A stretch of 64,000 nucleotides of DNA from Chiloscyllium plagiosum (Eukaryota): contig NC_057720.1 of the NCBI RefSeq assembly GCF_004010195.1, forward strand, positions 2,756,343 through 2,820,342, read 5' to 3'. Shown here one piece after another: positions 13,301 to 25,300 of this stretch. Every line of letters starts with the position of its first letter. Positions within the stretch are counted from its first letter, which is position 1. The translations under genes and the position numbers were made by a program. The notes beneath the pieces were generated by a model. It was not told where the DNA came from and did no database searches. It saw only the letters and a list, made by a program, of their open reading frames with translations.

Positions 13301-16300
13301 AATCCCCAGGATGTTGATAATGGTGGATTCAGTGACGGTAACCTGTGGGCGGCACAGTGGCTCAGTGGTTAGCACTGCTGCCTCACAGCACCAGGGACCC
13401 AGGTTCGATTCCAGCCTCGGGTTACTGTCTGTGTGGAGTTTGCACATTCTCCCCCATGTCTGCGTGTGTTTCCTCTGGGTGCTCCAGTTTCCTCCCACAG
13501 TCCAAAGATGTGCAGGTTAGGTGAATTGGCCATGCTAAATTTCCCATAGTGTTAGGTGCATTAGTCAGAGGGAAATGGTTCTGGGTGAGTTACTCTTCGG
13601 AGGGTTGGTGTGGACTGGTTGGGCCAAAGGGCCTGTTTCCACACTGTAGGGAATCTAATCTCTAACCCCCAGGATGTTGATAGTGAGGGATTCAGTGATG
13701 GTAACCCCCAGGATGTTGATAGTAAGGGATTCAGTGATGGTAAGCCCCAGGATGTTGATAGTGGGGAATTCAGTGATGGTAACCCCTGGGATGTTGATAG
13801 TGGGGGATTCAGTGACGGTAACCCCCAGGATGTTGATAGTGGGGGATTCAGTGATGGTGACCCCCAGGTTGTTGATCATGGGGGATTTGCTGAATGTCAA
13901 GGCGCAATGGTTAGATTGTCTCTTCTTGATGATGGTATTTGTGTGGCGTGAATGTCACTTGCCACTTGTCAGCCCAAGCCTGGATATTGTCCAGATCTTG
14001 TTGCATTTGAACATGGATTGCTTCAGTGACTGAGGAGTTGGGAATGGTGCTGAGCATTGTGCAATCATCAGCGAACATCCCCACTTCTGATCTTATGATA
14101 GAGGGAAGGTAACCTGGGGGTTACCGATACTGAATCCCTCACTATCACCATCCTGGGGATTACCATCACTGATTAAGCAGGTGAAGATGGTTGGGCCTGG
14201 GACATCCTCCATCTTCCATGGTAGCTTCTGAACTTTAGACCTCAGGACCTTACCTGAGTCTCTGGGATAGTTGTCTTGTGAAAACGCCACTAAATCTTCT
14301 CCTCCCCTTACCGTTTTGAGAGAGTTTGGTTCAATGAGGGTATTATGGTGGCCAAATGGAATGATGGTATAGGTCAGTTTGGATCTCATGTAATTGCAGA
14401 ATATTATTCATGTTACATGCACACACCAAAACAGAAATTGCGAGAAATGCTCAGCAGGTCTGGCAGCATCTGTGGAGAGAAATCAAAGTCAATGTTTCAG
14501 CCGAGGGACCCTTCCTCAGAACCCCATTATTAATGTATGGTTATGGATAGGTTTTGTTTTTATAATTGTCATATTCACGCAGCCTACAGTTTTGGCAAGT
14601 ACTGCTTAAAGCTATTCTGCAAGGAACTATCTTGGTAAGCAACTGCCGTTTCTAATTATCACTTTATGAGCATTTTCTAATGCACTTGTCAGGACCTTCT
14701 TGTAAGTCCTTGGCCATCAGTCAATCAATGGGTGTTTTCTAGATCTCAGAATCTAACAGCTGTTCTGAAGACAAGTTAATCTCTGTGTTTTACATGGGAA
14801 GCATGCCAGTTGCAAATGGCTCATAAATTACTGCTGTTAATGGAAGAACGTTGAGGGAAATGAAGCCACGTGGGAAATAATTTAGACTGATACCAACTGA
14901 AGAAGTTTGTTCGGCCCATTGCCCCTGTGCTAGCTGCTTGAAAGTATTGTTCAATGGATCTCCAGTCCCCACAAGTTATTGTTGAATCCGTTTCCAATGC
15001 TCTGTCACTCAGTGCGGTTCCAGATTACAACTACATAACACATTGAAAACAAATTCTCTTTATCATACTCTCTTGTTCCTTGCTTGAATAAAATCCCCTC
15101 TCTTTACTGACCCTCCAGGCAGTGGAAAGGGTGTTTCTCTTCAACCCTTCAAAGTTGTTAACAAATCTCCTCTTAATGGTTTATTTTCTAAGGGAGGATT
15201 TAAGCAAATGAGAAGATGGTGAGACATTATTTTGGTAAATAGTGAATCATTGAAAAACTGACCAAATCTTTAAACATTGAGTTCATTCTCCAATTCTATT
15301 CCTCCAGTCCTGCAAATCTGTTGCCCATGACAACATGAAACATTTATCCTAGAATAGTACATTTTCTTTAACCGTAAGGTTTTTTTTGGAATGTTAAGAA
15401 AGCACTTTCCAGATCTTGGAATCCTCCCTAGTGTAAGAAAGGGAAATAATCTTCAGTGATTTGAATAGTCACTAATTGAACATCAAGATGAGTTCTGAAG
15501 ACATTCGAAAGGATCTGTTTATTTCACCAAAATATATAATTCTCTTTGAGATGTGGATGTCAGGGAAAAATTTGAGTTTTGACAAAAATTGAATTATGTT
15601 GCAGGAAATAACAGAATCTTTACAGGAGTCTGGATATTTTTAGGATGAAACTGCGGCTGTTTTGTTAAGGCTCTGTTCTAAAGCAGGAGATAGGATGGCT
15701 AACTGTGCAGGGCAGATTCACCAGAGCACTGCCTGGGCTGGAGCAGTTCAGTTGGACAGAGACACTGGACAGGTTGGAATTGTTTCCCTTAGAGTAGGAA
15801 AGGCTGAAGGGAAACCTGATTGAGATCTACAGAGTTCTGAAGGAGGTCACAGAGATAGGTGTGAGGCTATTGAGGGAGTTGAAAGCATGGGTGGGAATAT
15901 TCAAATCAAAGTGTTGCATCTGGGAGCCAGTGTAGTTTTGCAAGACATGGTAGCATAATGATTACATTACTGGACCAATGATGTAGTTACAGGAGTTTAA
16001 AACCCACCAGCGCAAGGGAAGAATTAAAATTCTACATGCTCCATATACCAGGAATGCGAATCTGGTATCAGTAGCGGTGGTTGTGAAATTGAATGCCCGT
16101 CTGGTTCACTAATGTTCTTTAGGGAAAGGATTCTGCTGTCCTTACCTAGTGAGGCCTACACGTGACTCCAGACCCACAGCAATGTTTTTGAATGTTGCTT
16201 GCCCTCTGAAATGGCCAAGCAAGGCACTCCGAACGCTCAAGAATGTAAATAACTACCATGTTCACAATGCTGGCCCAGCTGATGACGCCCACAATTGCAT

Positions 16301-19300
16301 AAAAAAGGTGATTGGATTTACTGTAAATTCAGATCATCTCTGGACTTAAAAAAAAATCATTCATGGGATGTGGGTGTCACTGGCTGGGCCAGCATTTATT
16401 GCCCGTCCCTAATTGCCCAGAGGGCAGTTAAGAGTCAACCACATTGCTATGGGTCTGGAGTTACATGTAGGCCAGACCAGGTCAGCATGGCAGTTTCCTT
16501 CCCTAAAGGACATTAGTGACCCAGATGGGTTTCCCTCTGGTAATTGGCAATAGCTTTATGATTATTATTAGACTCTTGATTCCAGATTGTTATTGAACTC
16601 AAATTCTACCATCTGCCCTGGCAGGGTTCAAACTTGAGTCTCCATAATGTTACTTGGGTCTCTGGATTAATAGTCTAGCAATAATTTAGATTGATACCCT
16701 GATGAGTTTAAGATTGTGAGAGATGAAATGTCAATTCCAAAAATCCTCAGGGCACGGTACAATGTGTCAGGAAATGGGAGTGATCCTGCACTCGGGACAA
16801 CACATGAGGACTTACATTGGGCATCTCCCACCCACCTATGGGCACCATCCATACAGCTTGATCAGACAATACCTTACAAAAGTGGGTTCCACTTCCAAAC
16901 TGCTGTACTAAGAGCAGATGGTGCTGGAGAAACTCAGCAGCTCTGGTAAAGAGAGAAACAGAATCATTGTTTTGAGTCCAGTGGCCCTTCTTCAGAACTG
17001 CTGGACTCAAAACCTGAACTCTGCTTCCTCCCCACAGATGCTGCCAGACCTGTTGAGTTCTTCCAGCACTTTCTGGTTTTGTTTCAGATCTCCAAGATCA
17101 GCAACTCTTTATTTTTTTTCTTCAAAACTGCTGCAAAACCATCTGAGATACTCAGTGGTCATGACAAGTGCTATATAAATGTAGAAACATAAAAATAAGG
17201 GGCAGGAGAAAGCCCTTTGAGCTGATCAATTGATCTGATCATCCAACCCAGTCCCCCTCCCACTTTCTCCCCATACCCTTTGACCCCTATAGCCCTGAGA
17301 ACTATGTCCAACTCCTGCTCAAGAACATTCAATGTTTTGGTCTCAACCATTTCCTGTGGTACAGAATTCCACAAGCTCACCAGTTCTGGGTGAAGACATT
17401 TCTCCTCAGCTCAGTCCTAAGTGGCTGACCGTGAGACCTGCTGTTCAGGTTGTGAATGCAAACCTTCATTTCTCTTGGAGACCTGTCAATTCCCCAGCAG
17501 CGTCAGGCTGAGAGAGTAACAAGGGAGAGGTCTAGCTTCCCTGCTCTTAGTTTTGATGTTTTCCTCGGTGCCTTGCCAGGCTAGAGAATAACATAGGGCT
17601 GCACCCACCAATTGGTGAGTTCACACATCGGCCTCCACTTGCAGAAGTCACTGCCACTCACGGACTGTGGGGATTCCACACTGAAACAATCAACACAAAG
17701 TTGGCTACAAAGTCCAGGCTGGAGTCCCACCAGCTGCAGAGTTGCACCATAATATGTCCCATCAGTTCAAAACTCATTGGTTGGACCATATTTGGAGAGG
17801 AATAAGGAAACACCACTCTGCCCCTCAACTCTGATTGAACATAAAACAGTTGGTTGAATTCTCTCAGAAGGTTGTGGGTTCAGTTCTTACCTCAGTCTCT
17901 CATACACACATTTTCAGTTGGTACCGGCGTGTTCACTGAGGGAATACTGCATACTCTGATGTGTTTCTTTAATGAGACCCAATAGTCTGCCTGCTCCATC
18001 AGCTACACAGAAAGTTCTGAGGCATTATTCCTGGAAGAGTCAGGAACTCGGTTTATCCGTGAATCAGCATCTCAGAGTGAATGACCAGGTTCCTCTCGCT
18101 GGTCCATTCGCCACTGTGTTTCCTACAATGCAGTAGTGTCTACCCTTCAAAACATATTTTGTTCACTGCACAGCGTTTACTGTTGTCCTGCAGTTTTGAA
18201 AGGTGATATATAAATGCCCATTTGATTGGCACCCCATCCACTCCCCCACCACCGATGCTCAGTAGCAGCAGTATGTACCATCTACAAGATGCACTGCAGA
18301 GATTCACCAAAGATCCTCAGACAACACCTTCCAAACCCACAACCACTTCCATCTAGAAGGACAAGGGCAGCAGATACATGGGAACACCACCCCCTGCACA
18401 TTCCCCTCCAAGCCACTCATGATCCTGACTTGGAAATATTTCGCTGTTTCCTCAGTGTCGTTGGGTGAAACCTAGAATTCATTCCCTAAGTTCTGCCTAC
18501 ATCACATGGACTGCAGAGATTCAAGAAGTCAGCTCACCCCCAACACTTTCTCAAGGATTTCCAGGCCAATAAATCCTGACCAGGCAGCGACACCCACATC
18601 CTACGAGTGAACAAAGAGAAAGATGTTTTCTTTTATGCATTTTATGAAATCATCAGTAATCTGTATTTTAACTTGATCCATCTGCCTTCGGTCAGTCCAG
18701 CAAAACGTATGTACCTCTCTGGTCTAAATCATTAGTTGTCGGATTGCTGTTTGCAATTTTGGCATTCTATTGCTGAATAAATAATTGGAACTATGGAACA
18801 ATTAATTAAACCAAATGAAGGTTAGCTACATTGGTAACACGGCTAAGAAAATACCACCATAATGGAAGATTCAAAAATCTGTTCCTCCATATTTATGACA
18901 GTAGGAAAAGTTAAGGGGTGAACAAAAATCAATTGAAGTGTCAATGGTTATGGGGAAAAGGCAGGAAGGTGGAATTGAAGGTTATTAAATAGGCCATGAT
19001 CTCATTGAATGCTGGAGCAGACTCAATGGGCTGAATGGTTTCCTGCTGCTCCGATATCTTATGGTCTAAATGATGAGCATGAAAATAAAGAAGAAAAAGG
19101 GAGGCATTTGATGCACCCCAGAATAATAATCACAGTAGAAATCAGGAAGAGTATCTCAAGGGCAGGAGAGAAGCTTATGCTGGAATAAGGGAGGCTAAGA
19201 GGAAGGCTGGCTGGCTGTGCTAAAACAAAAAGTCAAATGTTCTTCAAACATATTAACAGTAAAAGGTTTGTGAAGGATAGAGTGGGGCTTATAAGGAACA

Positions 19301-22300
19301 AGCAGAGAAAGTTATTTACTGAAGCAAAGGATACAGCAAAGGTACTGAATGAATATTTTGCTTGTGTCTTTACCAAATTAGAAGATGGTAACAATGGCCG
19401 AGTTGAAAACATGGGCGTTGAGCAACTGAACAGTATAGTGATAGTGATGTTTCCAGGCCCAGATGGGATGCATTCCAGGTTGCTGAGAGAGCTAAGGAAG
19501 CAATTGTGGAGCCATCGACAGAAATTTTCCAGGCCTCTCTTAATTCCAGGAGACTGTAGGATTACACATGTGACACCATTGTTTAAGAAAGGGACAAAGG
19601 ATAACTCGAGAAACTACAGTCCTGTCAGCTTGACATCAGTGGTGGAGAAACAGATGGAGGCCATAATGCAGGATAAGGTAAAGAGACAGAGAAAAATAAG
19701 CTAATTAGACAGTTAACATGGCTTTGTCAAAGACAAGTCGTGTCTTACAAATTTAATTAAGTTATTTGATTATATGACACAGGCAGGTGTCTTACAAATT
19801 TAATTAATTTCTTTGATGATATGACACAGGCAGTGGATGAAGGTAATGCTGTAGGTGTTGTACATTTGGACATTCAGCAAGCATTGGATATGGTACCACA
19901 TGGCAAGTTGGTTATCAAATTAGAAATGTTGGGGATGATGGGTACTTGGCCACATGGATTAGAAGTTGGCTATAGGATAAGAAACAGAGGTTAGGTTGAG
20001 ATGGGTATCTCTCAGATTGGAGACGAGTTGAAAGTGGTGTTCCCCAAGAATCAGTGTTGGGACCGTGACTTTTTCTGATTTATATCAATGATTTGGAGAG
20101 GGGTGTTGTGGGCAACATCTCTAAATTTGTAGATGATACTTAAGTCAGGGAGAAGAGTGAACTGTGAGGATGATGCTGGGCAGCTTCAGAGGGACATTGA
20201 CAAGTTAGCCAAATGGCAGACACCTGGTGGTTGAATTTCAATGCAGAGAAATATGGGGTAATGCATTTTGGAAGAAGAAACACAGAGACATACAGGCTCA
20301 ATGCTACAAACTTGAGGGGACCTAGCTTTTGGAACGCTGCTATAAATCCTGTGTCTTCCAATCTTACACTCCACAACCACCTGATGAAGGAGCAGCGCTC
20401 CGAAAGCTAGTGCTTCTAATTAAACCTGTTGGACTATAACCTGGTGTTGTATGATTTTTAACTTTGTACACTTTAGTCCAATACCGGCACCTCCAAAACA
20501 TGAGGAGAGTACAGGAGCAGAGATACCTCAGGGTTCACGTGCATAATTGAAGGTGGCCAGGCAAGTTGAAACGGTTGTTAAGAAGGCATATAGGATCCTT
20601 GGGTTTATAAATGGGGACATCGACTATAAAAGCAAGGTAGTGATGCTTGCACCTCTACAAATCATTGGTCAGACCATATTTGGAGTAATGTGTATAATTT
20701 TGGACATCTTATTGAAGGAAGGATATTAAAGCCCTGGAGAGAGTTCAAAGGAGATTTACTAGAGTGATCCCAGGAATGAGGGCTTTTAGATACAAGGAAA
20801 GATTAGAGAGATTGGGTTTATTGTCCTTGAAGCAGAGAAGGTTAAAAGGTCACAGTTTCAAGATTGCCATCAAGTGAGCTGGTGTGAGATGAGGAGAACC
20901 ATCTTTTCTCAGAGAGTTGTTGGGATTTGGAATGCACTGCCGAGGAGAGTGGGGGAGGCTGGTTCCACGGGAGGTTCCAAAGGCGAGCTGGAGTTGATGT
21001 TAGAGGACTATGGAGATAGGACTGGAGAGTGGAACCAGCTGGGTAGCTCTTTCAGGAGCTAGTACAGACGTGAAGAGTCTCCTTTTGCACTGGCAAATTC
21101 TATGATGCCATGTTGAATGAGTAATTTTGTAACAAAGAGCGTTATATGATGCTGAGATTTTACTGAGAGATAGATTAAAGTACAAAAGTAAGAAAGTTGT
21201 GTCAAACCTTTCAAAGGCCCTTGTTAGGCCTCAGCTAAACACCACACTTAATGTTAGACATCAAGGCTTTGGAGAGGAGATGTCAGATTTAATCAGCGAA
21301 GTCAAGAGAGGAAACTGCAGATGCTGAGATTGTTCTCCGTCCTGTTGAGAAGGAAATGTGAGGATTTTGATTGTGGTGCTCAGAGTTATGGAGGATTTTG
21401 ATTTCCTTGAGCTGCTGTAATATGGCCGGCCAGAATTTATGACCCAGCCCTCATTGTCCTTGAGCACTCCGAAGGAATAGAAGCCTAAGGGGATAGGGTA
21501 AGATGAGGACAGGTGCAATTATCAACTCAACCACCTTGATCTTGTCCTGTTATGTAAAAGGGATAGTGGGGATAATCCTGGAAGTTACAGGTTTGTAAAC
21601 CTCATGTCACTGGTAGAGAAATTATTGGAAAAGATTCTCAGGGACAAGATCTATATGCGTGTGGAAGCCAATGGCATATTAGCAATGGACAACATGGGTC
21701 TGTGCAGGGGAGGTCGTGCCTCACTAACTTGGTCGAGTTTTTTGAGGAGGTGATAAAGATGATTGATGAGGGAAAAGTGGTTGATGTTGTCCACATGGAC
21801 TTCAGTCAAGGCTTTGGCAAGGTCCCGCATGGCAGACCAGTACAAAAGGTGAAAACACATGGTATCAGGGTGAGCTGGTAAGATGGTTACAGAACTGGCT
21901 TAGTCACAGGAGACAGAGGGTAGCAGTGAAAGGATGCTTTTTGGAATGGAGGGCTGTGACTAGTGGTGTTTCACAGGGATCAGTACTGGGACCTCTGCTG
22001 TTCACGATCTATGTGAATGGTTTGGAGGAAAACATAGCTGGTCTAATTAGTAAGTTTGCAATACAAAGATTGGTGGAGTTGCGGATAGTGAGGAGGATTG
22101 TCAGAGGATACAGCAGGAGGAGGCATGGGCAGAAAAATGGCAGATGGTGTTTAATCCAGACAAATGTGAGGTGATGTATTTTTTAAGGTCAAGTACAGGT
22201 GGAAATTATACAGTGAATGGCGGAACCCTTAGGAGTATTGATATGCAAAGGGATCTGGGTGCGCAGGTCCACAGATCACTGTAAGGGAGTGAAAAAGGTA

Positions 22301-25300
22301 AGGGAGTGAAAAAGGCTTATGTATATTTGTAATAATAAGCAGCTGTAATCACTTATGAGTAAGTAGTCTGGAGTAAGCATTTGGAAAGACAGAAGTATAT
22401 TGGTGATGTTTATCCTGATGTGGCCTGTTTATCCCACACTCCCTGAGTAACATACAAGTGCCTCTCTCTCTCTCTCTCTATCTGTAAAAGAGCCAGAAAT
22501 AAGAAGCAGGTCAAATTGAAAAATACATGATCAGCTAACAAGCGATTAGTAAAGAAAATTAAAGCTCATGGTATAGGCGGTAATGTAATGATGTGGCAGA
22601 CAGGAAGCAGAGAGTTGGAATATTGGGTCCTTTTCAGAGTGGCAGGCAGTGATGAGGGGGGGGTTACCACAGGGGTCAGTGCTGGGACCCCAGCTGTTCA
22701 CAAACTACATTAACAGTTTGGACGAAGGAGTTTGATTAGATTACTTACAGTGTGGAAACAGGCCCTTCGGCCCAACAAGTCCACACCGACCCTCCGAAAA
22801 GCAACCCATCCAGACCCATTCTCTCACACCTAACACTGTGGACAATTTAGCATGGCCAATTCACCTGACCTGCACATCTTTAGACTGTGGGAGGAAACCA
22901 GAGCACCCGGAGGAAACCCACACAGACACGGGGAAAATGTGCAAACTCCACACAGACAGTTGCCCGAGGCAGGAATTGAACCCGCGTCCCTGGCGCTGTG
23001 AGGCAGCAGTGCTAACCACTGAGCCACTGTGCTGCCCAAATGTTTCCAAATATGTAGATGATGCTAAGTTGGGTGGCAGTGTGCGCTGGGAGGAGGATTG
23101 TAAGGCTGCAGGATGACTTGGACAGACTGGCTAAATGGGCACATACTTGGCAAATGCAGTATAATGTAGATAAATGTGAGGTTACCCACATTGGTCACCA
23201 AAACAGGAAAGAAGGTTATTCTCTGAATGCTGGCAGTTCAGGAAAAGCTAAGGTACAACAAGACCTGGGTGTCATGGTGGGACAGTCACTGAAGGTTGAC
23301 TGTCCCACCATTCAGGTGCAGCAGACAGGCAGGAAAGCTAATGGCATGAGGCCTTCATAGTGAGAGGGTTGGAGTATCAGAGTAAGGATGTCTTGCTGCA
23401 GTTGTACAGGGCCTTGGTGAGGCCACCCCTTGAGTATTGTGTGTAGTTTTGGTCTCCTAGTCTGAGGAAGAATATTCTTGCTACTGAGAGAGTCCAGCGA
23501 AGGTTCACCAGACTGATTCCTGGGATGGCAGGATTGACAGATGAGGAAAGACTGGATCAACTGGACTTAAATTCACTGGAATTTAGAAGAATGATGGAGA
23601 TCTCATAGAAACATACAAAATCCAGACGGGACTGAAAAGGGTAATGTGGGAAGAATGTTCCCAATATTTGGGAAGTCCAGAACCAGCGATCACAGTCTAA
23701 GAATAAAGGGAAAGCTATTCAGGACTGAGATGAAGAATTTCTTCATTCAGTGAGTGGAGAACCTATGGAATTCTTTCCCACAGGAAGTTGTTGGGGCCAG
23801 TTCATTAAATAGATTCAAGAAGGAGCTGGACATGGTCCTTACAGCTAAAGGAATCATGGGGTATGGGGAGAGGGCGGGAATGGGATACTGAGATTGCAGG
23901 ATCAGTCATGATCGTATTGAATGGTGGCGAATGCTCTACTCCTGCACTGATTGTCTATTTGTCTTACAGCAGAGGGAACACCTTGCTGACATTGACCACA
24001 ACTTTCTGTTGTTCTTACAGGGTGATGTAGGTCCTTCAGGATTAATCGGTCTCCCAGGAATCCCAGGGCCTCAGGTACACCTCTTCATTTCCTCAATTGG
24101 ATTTTATTTGAATCTCAGAAGGATTGTCTGTGAGGTGAGGTTTATATCTTTCAGATAGTACAGGACTATCTCATTGTCTCTTTCTTCAATTCTCTACAGG
24201 GTCTGATGGGAAGTGCTGGACCACCTGGATTGAAAGGTGATAAGGTGATCTACATATTTCCCTCTTGTTTTTTTTCTGGGTGCTTTAATCTATAAGGAAT
24301 TAGTAGATCTAAAAAGTGCATTTTTCCAGGAATTTGTTGAATGTGCTTCCAACCACAGCGGTGTATTTCACAGGACACCCAGCACCTGTGTTTACAGGGC
24401 ATGCAACAATTACCATTTTCATCAGCTCCTTGAAAAACAATTAATAAGCACCACAGAATGTGAAACAAGAAACATCCATTACCACACTGAATGTCAGAAG
24501 GGTGCAGGACAATGAATAAAGAGAGGGAAAGAAAGATGAGAGAGAGAGAGAGGACAGGAAGATAAAGTTAGAAATATAAATTTCTTTTCGCGAGTTTTGA
24601 GAAGATTTGTAGCTCGGGTTGTGGTTCTGGATGTAGGTTTGCTCGCTGAGCTAGAAGGTTCATTTTCATGAAATTAATGAAAACAAAACTTCCAGCTTAG
24701 CAAGCAAGCCTACATCCGTAAATTTTTGTTTGGATTTAGAAGAATGTTTCCCTATATAATTGAAAGCTGAAGGAATTCCTGAAGAAGGGCCTGTGCCCGA
24801 AACGTCGAATCTCCTGTTCCCTGGATGCTGCCTGACCTGCTGTGCTGTTCCAGCAATAAAGTTTCAACAAAGCTGAAGGAATGTCAGTTCTGGAGTCAAA
24901 AACAGAAATTGCCATAAAACTCAACCAGTCTGACAGCATCAGTGGAGAGAAATCAGAGTTAACATTTCAGGTCCATTGATCCTTCCTCAGAACTCTTCAA
25001 TTCCAGAGAGGTTGTTTACAAATATTTAAGACGGAAAACATTGTTTAAAAGGTACTTGGACTGTAGTGGAAAATTAGAACTGTGCTAACATTCTACAGAG
25101 AGTTAGTGTACGTCAATACTGGTGTGGGAACATGCAAATGGAGAGTCTGACAATGAGAGGCAGTTCTCACGTGGCTGATAGAGAGCAGTGTATCATAGAT
25201 GGCGGCTTCTGGATTATCGTGGCTTTGCGTCACATCACCATCCAGTCATTGGAAGTTGCTGTGGATCGGTGCACAATGATTGTGAGCTCAAACAGCCTGC

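Larger units (their letters stand above)
12435..14205 (-). mobile_element. LINE 3' portion (CR1/L2-group family distinct from the main CR1) with nested PLE end, SINE and 39-bp repeat
   Basis: ILGVTIDQK...AGQRLGILR...[14 protein letters not shown] motif; same family as 29420-30780, 18220-18615 and 39965-40570. Confidence 0.8.
19130..21105 (+). mobile_element. CR1-type LINE, degraded, with a nested PLE end
   Basis: [23 protein letters not shown] and GVPQ-like RT motifs; ~47-bp internal tandem duplication near 19740-19833. Confidence 0.85.

Noticed and set aside
13347..13420. tRNA gene
   Set aside because: The A/B boxes belong to a multi-copy SINE head followed by SINE body; I could not fold a complete cloverleaf.
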